DNA of 64,000 nucleotides from Patescibacteria group bacterium (lineage in GTDB: Bacteria > Patescibacteriota > Patescibacteriia > UBA2591 > JAQUPP01). The notes below the pieces were generated by a model that was not told the DNA's origin, made no database searches, and saw only the letters and a list, made by a program, of their open reading frames with translations. Shown piece by piece: positions 49,286 to 57,500 of this stretch (position 1 is the first letter of the stretch; each line of letters opens with the position of its first letter). Location: NCBI GenBank assembly GCA_028716665.1, contig JAQUPP010000001.1:282860-346859 (forward strand), written 5' to 3'. A program made the translations under genes and the position numbers.

Positions 49286-51343
49286 ATGCGCAATAAAATG
49301 AAGTCCGCCAAAGCCCTTGGCAAAAGTGGAAAAAAATTAATTTTATCTTCAAAACTTATTTATTTTCTGGTTTTTTTATTTGTTATTTGTTTGGGAATAG
49401 AAAGAGCGGGAGCAACCGTGCCGAGTCAATATATTATTTCCGACAAAGCGATAAAAATGGGAAATACCACGCCCTTGAAAATTTTTAATTTAGGCACTCC
49501 GGAAGAATCCACGGATGCCACGACAAAACAATATGTTGATTCAATTGCCACGGGCACGGGCGCGATTGGTCTTTGGATGTCCAATGGTGTTGATATTTAT
49601 AATAATAATTCCGGCAACGTCGGTATCGGATCAACAATACCTTCTGCCAAACTGGATGTTGCGGGAGATATTCGTTCAAAAGGAATTTCAAGTTTTCTCA
49701 TAAATACTCAGAATGAGGGTATTGCAATTTTATATCCCGAAACTGCCAATACATATACCCGAATCGGTCCGACCGGTTTTTCTCCAAGTCTTGCAAGCGG
49801 CGCAGATGATTTGGCAATTGTTGGTAAATTGGAAGTAGCGGGAATAGGTTATTTTAACTATAATGTCGGTATCGGAACAACCGGACCAACGCATCATTTG
49901 GAAGTTATTGAGAGAAATGATGGATATGGAGATTGGAGTCATGGTGTTTTGCCTTTTCAACCGGCGGGTGTTTTTATTCAAGCCAGCAATGTTAATTCAG
50001 CCGGTCTTTATGGCGAAGGTTATACTCGAGGTGTTTGGGGAGTGGCGCGAGCCAATGGAGGAAGTGGCTATGGTATTTTGGGAGAAATGGGAAGCGGAGA
50101 ATGCTCTTGGCCTCTTGATGATGCAACGGGTGGCGCTATTGTTGGTGTGACTAATTGTTCATCAGGTAATTCTGGGGTAGCAATAAGGGCAACTGTATTA
50201 ACCGGTGTTGAAGGGTATGGCATTTATTCTCAAGGAAATTTAAGTAAAAATTATTTTGAAGGCAATGTCGGTCTTGGATCGACAACACCGGCCGCTGATT
50301 TGGATATTAACGGTAATGCTCAATTGAATATTCTTTATGATCGCGTTAATTCAAATTATCATCTTGATCTTGGCGCAAATACATTTACCAGTTCTTTGAC
50401 TGTTGCCGGTAATATTGGTATTGGCGTGACGAATCCCGGATATAAATTAAGTATGGCTGACACTGGCAGTTATATTGGGGCGAGTTTTAAATTTGGCGGA
50501 TCTTATGTTCCGGTAAATATAGTTGGCGGTACAAATGTGGGAGCCTATTGGCGTGAAAATTTTATTGGTTCAAATATTGATTTAGATACGACTACTGGAA
50601 AACCCAAAACCAGTGTAAATGGTTATCGAGGAGGAGCGATCGGATTTGCTCCCGATCCCGGGCAAGGACAAATTCATTTTTTTACCAATGCGGGTTCTAC
50701 TGCCGGAACGGTCTTGTCTGAAAGAATGGTTATAGACAGCGCGGGTAATGTCGGTATTGGAATGGCGCCTTCGTACATACTTGATGTTACGGGCGGTCAT
50801 GGAGCAAAAGTCGCAAGATTTACGGGAGGCACCAGCGGAGATAAAAGTTTGTATATGTATGCGGATAGTGGCGGCTCCGGCATAACTGATGCGGATACTT
50901 ACAAAGAATTAATTTATCTTAAGCCGGCGGATAATTCTATAAATTTTTACAATAATGGCAGCGGCCCGAACGTGACGATAAATGCTACCGGCAAAGTCGG
51001 TATCGGAACAACCGCGCCGAATTCCACTCTTCATGTTAATGGTTCTTTCACGAGAGCAATAGTAACCAAAACTTCAACTTATACGGCAACCGCTTCGGAC
51101 GATATTATATTATGTGATGCATCCGGAGGAGGTTTTGTAATTACTCTTCCCACCGCAGTGGGTATTGCCGGAAGAGAATATACGATAAAAAAAATAGACA
51201 GTTCAGCAAATCAGTGCGGTTATACCACGACATCAGGTCAGACAATAGATGGAGTTGCGCTGACTTATCAATTAGGCACTCAATGGCAGACAAGAACAAT
51301 GGTTTCAGATGGAACGAATTGGATAAGATTGTCAAATATTTAA
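49286..51343 (+). CDS. secreted fibre-like protein with about 6 GNVGIG modules
   Basis: signal peptide similar to that of 41752; DATTKQYVD neck; C-terminal ITLP.A...GREYTIKK.D...IDG tail-fibre-like domain. Confidence 0.82.
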   Translation: MRNKMKSAKALGKSGKKLILSSKLIYFLVFLFVICLGIERAGATVPSQYIISDKAIKMGNTTPLKIFNLGTPEESTDATTKQYVDSIATGTGAIGLWMSNGVDIYNNNSGNVGIGSTIPSAKLDVAGDIRSKGISSFLINTQNEGIAILYPETANTYTRIGPTGFSPSLASGADDLAIVGKLEVAGIGYFNYNVGIGTTGPTHHLEVIERNDGYGDWSHGVLPFQPAGVFIQASNVNSAGLYGEGYTRGVWGVARANGGSGYGILGEMGSGECSWPLDDATGGAIVGVTNCSSGNSGVAIRATVLTGVEGYGIYSQGNLSKNYFEGNVGLGSTTPAADLDINGNAQLNILYDRVNSNYHLDLGANTFTSSLTVAGNIGIGVTNPGYKLSMADTGSYIGASFKFGGSYVPVNIVGGTNVGAYWRENFIGSNIDLDTTTGKPKTSVNGYRGGAIGFAPDPGQGQIHFFTNAGSTAGTVLSERMVIDSAGNVGIGMAPSYILDVTGGHGAKVARFTGGTSGDKSLYMYADSGGSGITDADTYKELIYLKPADNSINFYNNGSGPNVTINATGKVGIGTTAPNSTLHVNGSFTRAIVTKTSTYTATASDDIILCDASGGGFVITLPTAVGIAGREYTIKKIDSSANQCGYTTTSGQTIDGVALTYQLGTQWQTRTMVSDGTNWIRLSNI

Positions 51344-51443
51344 ATTTAAGATATTTTAAAAGGGTGGGTCGGTAATGGGCTTGCCCTTTTCTTTTTGTAA
51401 AGCTGCAAATTAATTCCTAAAGCCTAAAAAGATAATAACGGGC

Positions 51444-51472
51444 TTGACAAAACGTCTAAAATATGCTTAAAT
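51444..51472 (+). promoter_or_regulatory. sigma70-type promoter, near duplicate of 49214-49242
   Basis: TTGACAAAAC-N-TAAAATATGCTTAAATGATA shared by both sites. Confidence 0.6.
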
Positions 51473-51560
51473 GATATAATAAATAGCTTGAACAATAATG
51501 TTTAGCTAAATAAAACTCGCCTACGCTTAGAAAGTTACGGCGTGGCAAGAAGGAGGAAAA

Positions 51561-52436
51561 ATGTTCTTTAAAATTTTACTAATTGTAGTTTTATCGGTTT
51601 TATTATCAGGATCTGTTTTTTCACAATCTGATTGGGTAGGAGTAGATTCAAATAATGCGCCATCAGCTATTAAAGCGCGTTATTCAAAGGATTGGTTTCG
51701 CAACACAAATACTGTAGAGATTTCTCAAGAACACGGGAATCTTTTTAACAGCCGGCAAAGCCTAAAAATCACCTATATATCAGGGAATATGCAATGCGGG
51801 GACTGTATGTTTATGAAAGTGTTTAACCCGCCAATTCAGATTCAAAGTGATACTCTTTTTTTGAATGCCGAGATTAAAGGTTTCCAAAATGACGATTCAG
51901 TTTATCAAATCAGGGTACATCCCTTCATGTTAAATAATGATAGTATTTTTGAGGCCGACAATTCCATGTGGACAGATACGTCTTGGACACAAGAGGAATG
52001 CGGGCCATTCAGGAAAGAATACAATTATGGTCTTTTTCCTAGAACGATAGATACTCTATTTTTTACTATTAACATATTGGTAAATGATGTTTCTAATCCT
52101 TATGGTATTTACATGGATAATATTTGGTATCTGGACTCTAATGGGGAACAGGTTATAATTGATTCTTGTGGAGAAGATATTGCCGCGGAAGAACCGGGGA
52201 AAATAAAGGATTTAGTTTCTGCTTTCCCAAATCCGTTCTACGATTTTTGCAAATTCAATGCGCCGGCAAATTCTTTGATTGAGATTTACAACCTCAGCGG
52301 TCAAAAAGTTAAGATGATTAAGAATTTTTCTTGGAACGGCCGGGATGAAAATGGCAAAAAATTGCCAAGAGGAATGTATTTTGCAAGTTTTAAAATTGGC
52401 GATAAAACTATGGTGAAGAAATTAGTTTTGATATGA
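51561..52436 (+). CDS. secreted protein with C-terminal FlgD-Ig/T9SS-like domain
   Basis: signal peptide; AFPNPF...IYNLSGQKVK...WNGRDENG...GMYF...KKLVLI. Confidence 0.8.
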   Translation: MFFKILLIVVLSVLLSGSVFSQSDWVGVDSNNAPSAIKARYSKDWFRNTNTVEISQEHGNLFNSRQSLKITYISGNMQCGDCMFMKVFNPPIQIQSDTLFLNAEIKGFQNDDSVYQIRVHPFMLNNDSIFEADNSMWTDTSWTQEECGPFRKEYNYGLFPRTIDTLFFTINILVNDVSNPYGIYMDNIWYLDSNGEQVIIDSCGEDIAAEEPGKIKDLVSAFPNPFYDFCKFNAPANSLIEIYNLSGQKVKMIKNFSWNGRDENGKKLPRGMYFASFKIGDKTMVKKLVLI

Positions 52437-52566
52437 TGATTACTTATTATGTTGCGGGCAGGATGAAAACCTGCCCGTTTTTTTATTCATATAAAAATGT
52501 AAATATTTTATGTAGAAATTAGTAAATAATAAAACGTAGTATTCATCAGTATTCTAGGTGAGGGGC

Positions 52567-52595
52567 TTGACAAAAATCAAAAAATATGCTAATAT
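52567..52595 (+). promoter_or_regulatory. sigma70-type promoter
   Basis: TTGACA-17-TAATAT with TG. Confidence 0.65.
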
Positions 52596-52617
52596 TTATA
52601 TAGAAAATAAAATAAAT

Positions 52618-52742
52618 TCTTCACTTTTCTGTCTATCAGCGACAAAACCAGTCATCCCTCCTAACTGGGAAGTAGTCGCAATTCAAGGTTGATCTTGTTT
52701 GTCAAGCGTAGGCCTTGGGCTGATAGACATAAAAGTGGAGGA
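52618..52742 (+). ncRNA. candidate structured RNA or leader
   Basis: closing stem CACTTTT-C-TGTCTATCAGC / GCTGATAGACA-T-AAAAGTG enclosing internal hairpins, just after a promoter. Confidence 0.5.
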
Positions 52743-52897
52743 TTTAAGGGAAGAGGTCATTGGCCTTGCCCCGTAGTGAACTGAGCTTGTCGAAGTTCTA
52801 CTACTGGGGTTCAAATCCAATGGCGGGTATTTGTACAAAGTTCATTTAAAATTAAAAACTAAAAAAGTAGTTTCGAAGAAGAAGGAGGAGGACAAAG

Positions 52898-53002
52898 ATG
52901 CCAGGAATGAATTATCTGATAGTAATTTTAATAATTTTTATATTAGTAATTCATTTTACATTAGAGAATAGAAAAAATAGGAGAAAAAGGAGGATAAAAT
53001 GA
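52898..53002 (+). CDS. 34-aa membrane peptide (missed by ORF track)
   Basis: SD AGGAGGAGG; MPGMNYLIVILIIFILVIHFTLENRKNRRKRRIK; ATGA overlap with next gene. Confidence 0.5.
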   Translation: MPGMNYLIVILIIFILVIHFTLENRKNRRKRRIK

Positions 53003-53373
53003 AAAAACTTTTGATAGTAATGGGTATATTAGTGATATGTCTTTTTGCAGGGTGTACACAAACTCCAACACAGGTGACAACCACGCCAGAGTCAAAAATA
53101 GTGGAATTTCCCGATCTTGACATAACCGTTACTTTTTATTATGCCAAACCAGGAGAATTGCCAAAGATTAAAATAGATAATCATAATGAAAATGGCGCAG
53201 ATGTCCTGATTGAGAAGGAGACAAATGAATATGAGGAGTGGCTAAATGTCTTTCATGAAAACATAGGAGGAAATTCCTCGGTTATTAAAAACAAAGAATT
53301 CATACCAGGGAAAAAACACAAAATAACCATTAAATGCGAAGAAGTTACTCGAACAGGATATGTAACTCCGTAA
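52999..53373 (+). CDS. putative lipoprotein
   Basis: lipobox LFAG|C, SD AGGAGG. Confidence 0.75.
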   Translation: MKKLLIVMGILVICLFAGCTQTPTQVTTTPESKIVEFPDLDITVTFYYAKPGELPKIKIDNHNENGADVLIEKETNEYEEWLNVFHENIGGNSSVIKNKEFIPGKKHKITIKCEEVTRTGYVTP

Positions 53374-53377
53374 TAAT

Positions 53378-53428
53378 AAAGAGCTCGAGATTTTAATCAA
53401 GTAAGATTAAAATTGAGAGCTCTTTTTT
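53378..53428. terminator. bidirectional terminator hairpin
   Basis: AAAGAGCTC...TTTTAATC/GATTAAAA...GAGCTCTTT. Confidence 0.7.
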
Positions 53429-53438
53429 CTTACAAAAA

Positions 53439-54032
53439 CTAATTGTATAAACTCATGGTTTTTTCTATTCCTTGTTCCAGAGCCGCAGAGATTGCTTCAA
53501 CAGTTGATTCTTCTGTTTGTTTGAGAAGTTTTTTTTCGCCGACAGAGAAATTTTTTAAAACTAAATCCATAGCTTTCTCCGACGCTTTGGTCGGAGTCCC
53601 GACCCCTTGGCGTCGGGATTGATTTTGAGCGGAGTGATTAATGCCGATTCTGAATCTGACGAAATTTTTCGTTTTTAAATTATCAATAATTGACTGAACG
53701 CCATTATGACCGGCAGACGAGCGATTTATGGAAATCCGAATTTTTCCCAATGGCAAATCCATATCATCATGAATAACCCACAGATTGGAATTTGGAATTT
53801 GGAATTTAGAATTTAGAATTTTAACCGCCAGTCCGGATTCGTTCATAAATGTGGTTGGAATAACCAAACAAACTTCGCCTTTTTTTGAGATTTCAGCTTT
53901 AAAATTTTTGTTCAATTTGAAAGTTGGAAAATCAAAAGTTTTGGCAAAATCCATTACTATTTTTTGCCCGATATTATGGCGGGTATTTTTATATTGTTCG
54001 CCCGGATTTCCCAGACCGATAATAAAAATCAT
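53439..54032 (-). CDS. pth: peptidyl-tRNA hydrolase
   Basis: GLGNPG..Y..TRHNIG, FMNESG, HDDMDLP, AGHNG, RFRIGI. Confidence 0.95.
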   Translation of the reverse strand: MIFIIGLGNPGEQYKNTRHNIGQKIVMDFAKTFDFPTFKLNKNFKAEISKKGEVCLVIPTTFMNESGLAVKILNSKFQIPNSNLWVIHDDMDLPLGKIRISINRSSAGHNGVQSIIDNLKTKNFVRFRIGINHSAQNQSRRQGVGTPTKASEKAMDLVLKNFSVGEKKLLKQTEESTVEAISAALEQGIEKTMSLYN

Positions 54033-54043
54033 AATATTTATTA

Positions 54044-55375
54044 TTAACCTATTAAATTCATTCTAATGGGAGTTCCTTCAAATTGCCAGTGCTTTCTTAT
54101 TTCTTTTTCCAAAATATTTATTTGAGCCGGATTGATTAATTTTCTTTTTAATGTATTGCGCGAAGCTTTTAGATTGAATGTCGGAGGCTTTGCCGAGTTT
54201 TGACTGATTTTGATTTTTTTCCAAATTTTTTGCTCGAATTTTTTATCGCTGATAACTTTTTTGAAAAATTCAGTAAGTTCTTCTTTCTCAATCAAGCGGT
54301 TGGAATTTTTTTCCACTTGCTCAATAAGATTGAAAATTATGTTTACATTTTTTCCCGTTTTGGCCGAGATAAAGACGATCGGCGCAAAGCTGGCTTGAGC
54401 GAAAACTTGCTGGTAATATCTGATAAACTTGTCAAATTTAGCTTCAAAATTGGAAATTTCATCGCATTTGTTAATGACCAAAATCAATCCCTTGCCCGTT
54501 TCCGTGGCCAAGTTTAACAATGATTTGTCTTGGTGGCTGATAATTTCTTTAACATCAAAAACATCAATAATAATATCGGCTTTTTGAGCGGCAAAAATTG
54601 ATTTTTTAACTCCGGTTTGTTCAATCTCTGATTGAATTTTTCTTTTTCTGCGAACACCGGCCGTGTCAACCAAAGTGATGAATTTTTCATTATGGCAAAT
54701 TAAAATATCTTGCGGCTCGCGGGTGGTGTGGGGGATATTGGAAACGATTACCCGTTCTTCTCCGATTAATTTATTTATCAAAGTTGATTTGCCGACATTC
54801 GGTTTGCCGAAAATCGCAACTTTCGTGCTGGACGGCGCGGATGTTTCAAATTTTTCCGGTTGATCGCCGAAAGATTCAAGCGTTTTTATGATTTCATCCA
54901 ATAAATCTCCGGTCCCGATGCCGGTAACGGCCGAAACAGGGTAAGCTTGATTGGTTCCTAATCTTTGCCATTTGAGTTCGTCAAGAAAATTTCTTTTTTT
55001 CAAAGAATCCGCTTTATTGAAAATTACAAAAAACGGTTTTTTGGATTTTTTTATTATCTGGCTTAATTTTAATTCAAAGTGAGAAATTTTTTCATTAACA
55101 TCCAAAACAAAAAGAAGAAGATCCGCTTCTTTAATCGCTACGGAAACTTGTTTTTCAACTTCTCTTTCCAGACTCGACGGTTCTGATTTTTCATTAATCA
55201 ATCCGCCGGTGTCAATCAAAATGAATTTTTTGGTTTGCCAAGAACAGATATCATAATTTCTGTCCCTGGTTGTTCCGGGCATTGACGAAACAAGCGCCTT
55301 TGATTTTGAAATCAGGCGATTAAATAAACTCGATTTTCCGACATTGACTTGACCCACTAAAGCAACTTTATACAT
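54044..55375 (-). CDS. der: ribosome biogenesis GTPase Der
   Basis: two tandem G domains (GQVNVGKS/DTGG/NKAD; GKPNVGKS/DTAG/NKCD), FEGTPI. Confidence 0.94.
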   Translation of the reverse strand: MYKVALVGQVNVGKSSLFNRLISKSKALVSSMPGTTRDRNYDICSWQTKKFILIDTGGLINEKSEPSSLEREVEKQVSVAIKEADLLLFVLDVNEKISHFELKLSQIIKKSKKPFFVIFNKADSLKKRNFLDELKWQRLGTNQAYPVSAVTGIGTGDLLDEIIKTLESFGDQPEKFETSAPSSTKVAIFGKPNVGKSTLINKLIGEERVIVSNIPHTTREPQDILICHNEKFITLVDTAGVRRKRKIQSEIEQTGVKKSIFAAQKADIIIDVFDVKEIISHQDKSLLNLATETGKGLILVINKCDEISNFEAKFDKFIRYYQQVFAQASFAPIVFISAKTGKNVNIIFNLIEQVEKNSNRLIEKEELTEFFKKVISDKKFEQKIWKKIKISQNSAKPPTFNLKASRNTLKRKLINPAQINILEKEIRKHWQFEGTPIRMNLIG

Positions 55376-55385
55376 AATATTTTTT

Positions 55386-56792
55386 TTATTTTTCCCCCAG
55401 AACAATTAAAAAGTCATAATCATAACTACTGGTAAGAGTTTTTAAATTAGCCGGCATTTCTTGAATAATTTCGGCATTTAAATTTTCTTGAAGCTGGCTG
55501 AGCGCTCCCGGTTGATTGGATTTTTTCGGGAAAATAACGGTTTTTGTCCAATCTTGGGTCGGAGTATTGCCGGTAAAGACAACTTCATAACTGTCGGACA
55601 AAAGCGTATCTCCGATTTCTTTAGCCAAATTATTGATCGTAGTGCCGTTTAAAACAATAATCTTTGGAATGGCAATAATTTCCGGTGTTTCAGGGGTGGT
55701 GTTGGAAACAAATGTTTCCGGATTGAAAATATTTTTAGCCATCGCGGCCAATTCTTTGAAATCTCCGGTTCTTGTTTTTAAAATATAAGCGCCATTTGAA
55801 GCAATTTCATTTTTCAGCGGTCCCTTTGGGTCAATTTCGATTATTTGACTGCTGATATTTCCTTGTTCCACGGCTAAAAGCAATTTGGCCAATTTGACGG
55901 TTTCATTAAAACTTAGATTTGAACTGACGTTATCTTTGAAAAGATTATAAAATCTTAAAATTTTCGCCGGCTGGGACAGTAAATTCAATTTTTCCACTTT
56001 TTGTTTAATGGCGGAAATTATTTTTTGCTGCCGCTTGGAGCGGGCGAAATCAGAACCTTCATTATTTGATCCGTGTCTTGAACGGGCGAATACCAGGGCT
56101 CTGTCGCCATCCATTGTTTGCAAGCCTTTTTCAAATTTTATCACCCGATAGTTGTATCCCGCGCCGGGAAATTGATAATCAACAAAAGTTTTATCAACGT
56201 TCACTTCAACTCCTCCCAATTCGTCAACGATTTTTTTAAAAATATTGAAATCAACTCTTACCCAATAATGAATGGGAATATTGAAGATATTACTCACGAC
56301 TTGCGAAGCCAATTTGCCTCCATTGCCATTTTTCATCCCCAATGAATTGGCAGCATTTATTTTTTGCCAATCATAACCGGGAATCGGCACATATAAATCG
56401 CGGGGGATGGACAAAAGAGACAGTTGTTTTGTTGATGGTTTATAGCTGGCTAAAATCATGGTATCGGTCAAATAAGGTCCGTCATGATTCTCTCCGCCAA
56501 TGCCAAGAATTAAAATGTTAACTCGGTTTGAAAGTTCTCCTTGAAGTATTTGATCTCTGCTGATAATCAGATTGACCGCGTTTTTCCAAAAAGAAATTCG
56601 TCCCATATCGTTTATTAAACTGCTTTGCGAAATAATGGTATTGGTTGAGAATAAAGCAATAATTACTGCCAACACTACCAGTATTCTAAAAATCGGACGA
56701 GACAGTCTGATTTTTTTTGGTTGAATTTTAGCTTGAGGAATATCTTGGTTATCCTCAAGATTTTTAATTAAATCAATTTTATGGCTTGTCAT
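55386..56792 (-). CDS. LCP (LytR-CpsA-Psr) family protein with LytR_C domain
   Basis: NILILG, TDTM, SIPRD, KINAA, ARSRH, SDFARSKRQQ, VLNGT. Confidence 0.92.
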   Translation of the reverse strand: MTSHKIDLIKNLEDNQDIPQAKIQPKKIRLSRPIFRILVVLAVIIALFSTNTIISQSSLINDMGRISFWKNAVNLIISRDQILQGELSNRVNILILGIGGENHDGPYLTDTMILASYKPSTKQLSLLSIPRDLYVPIPGYDWQKINAANSLGMKNGNGGKLASQVVSNIFNIPIHYWVRVDFNIFKKIVDELGGVEVNVDKTFVDYQFPGAGYNYRVIKFEKGLQTMDGDRALVFARSRHGSNNEGSDFARSKRQQKIISAIKQKVEKLNLLSQPAKILRFYNLFKDNVSSNLSFNETVKLAKLLLAVEQGNISSQIIEIDPKGPLKNEIASNGAYILKTRTGDFKELAAMAKNIFNPETFVSNTTPETPEIIAIPKIIVLNGTTINNLAKEIGDTLLSDSYEVVFTGNTPTQDWTKTVIFPKKSNQPGALSQLQENLNAEIIQEMPANLKTLTSSYDYDFLIVLGEK

Positions 56793-56896
56793 CGAGAGTC
56801 ATTTTTAAACATAATAACAGTAGTAATATTATAGCAAAAAATCAAAATTGAGCAAGGAATATTAAATTTGTAATTCGTAGCAAGAAAACAAAGGAC

Positions 56897-56929
56897 TGTG
56901 GATAACCTGGTTGTTTTAATCGTGGATAA
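56897..56929 (-). promoter_or_regulatory. pair of DnaA-box-like motifs upstream of the major pilin
   Basis: TGTGGATAA (reverse complement of TTATCCACA) and CGTGGATAA. Confidence 0.45.
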
Positions 56930-56989
56930 GTTTATAATAAGATTTAAAGAGTCCTATTTTAGTAAAGGTTTTTTAATTTTAAATTATTT

Positions 56990-57475
56990 ATGGAAAAGAA
57001 GAATAAAAAAGGTTTTACCTTAATTGAGTTGTTAGTTGTCGTGGCGATTATGGGTTTAATGGCTGCCTTAGCTATTATTTCTTTAAATCAAGCCAGAGCC
57101 AAAGCTCGAGATGCTCGTCGCGTCGCGGATGTTAAACAAATCCAGACCGCGTTAGAATTGTATTATATGGATAAAGATAAATATCCAGATGCTCCTGCTC
57201 CTACTGTTTTGGATGGAAGTAAATGTTTAGGTAACGGTGGTTTTGCCGCACAAGGTTCTTGCACCGCTCCTATTTATATGGGTTTAATCCCGACAAATCC
57301 TGCTCCGATGAATGATGGCTCTTGCTCTACTCCTAACTCAAGTTATACTTACGCGATTGATGGTGGCGCTACTAACACAAGTTATCATATCCGATGGTGT
57401 CTTGGTGCCAAAACTGGCGAATTAGGCGCTGGAATTCATCATGCTACTCCGGCCGGTTTAGTCGATGGTTTATAA
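56990..57475 (+). CDS. type IV major pilin candidate
   Basis: KG|FTLIELLVV, ARDARR..D..QIQTALELYY. Confidence 0.9.
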   Translation: MEKKNKKGFTLIELLVVVAIMGLMAALAIISLNQARAKARDARRVADVKQIQTALELYYMDKDKYPDAPAPTVLDGSKCLGNGGFAAQGSCTAPIYMGLIPTNPAPMNDGSCSTPNSSYTYAIDGGATNTSYHIRWCLGAKTGELGAGIHHATPAGLVDGL

Positions 57476-57500
57476 TCTAGAACAGATTTAAATTTCTCTC

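Noticed and set aside
34706-51343. Prophage tail-fibre region
   Set aside because: The proteins have Sec-type signal peptides, and no capsid, terminase, portal or integrase genes are present.
53785-54066. Plus-strand ORF beginning MEFGIWNLEFRI
   Set aside because: It is the antisense reading of the heptamer tract inside pth.
56800-56989. Replication origin
   Set aside because: Only two DnaA-box-like motifs, a short spacer and no dnaA/dnaN nearby; insufficient support.
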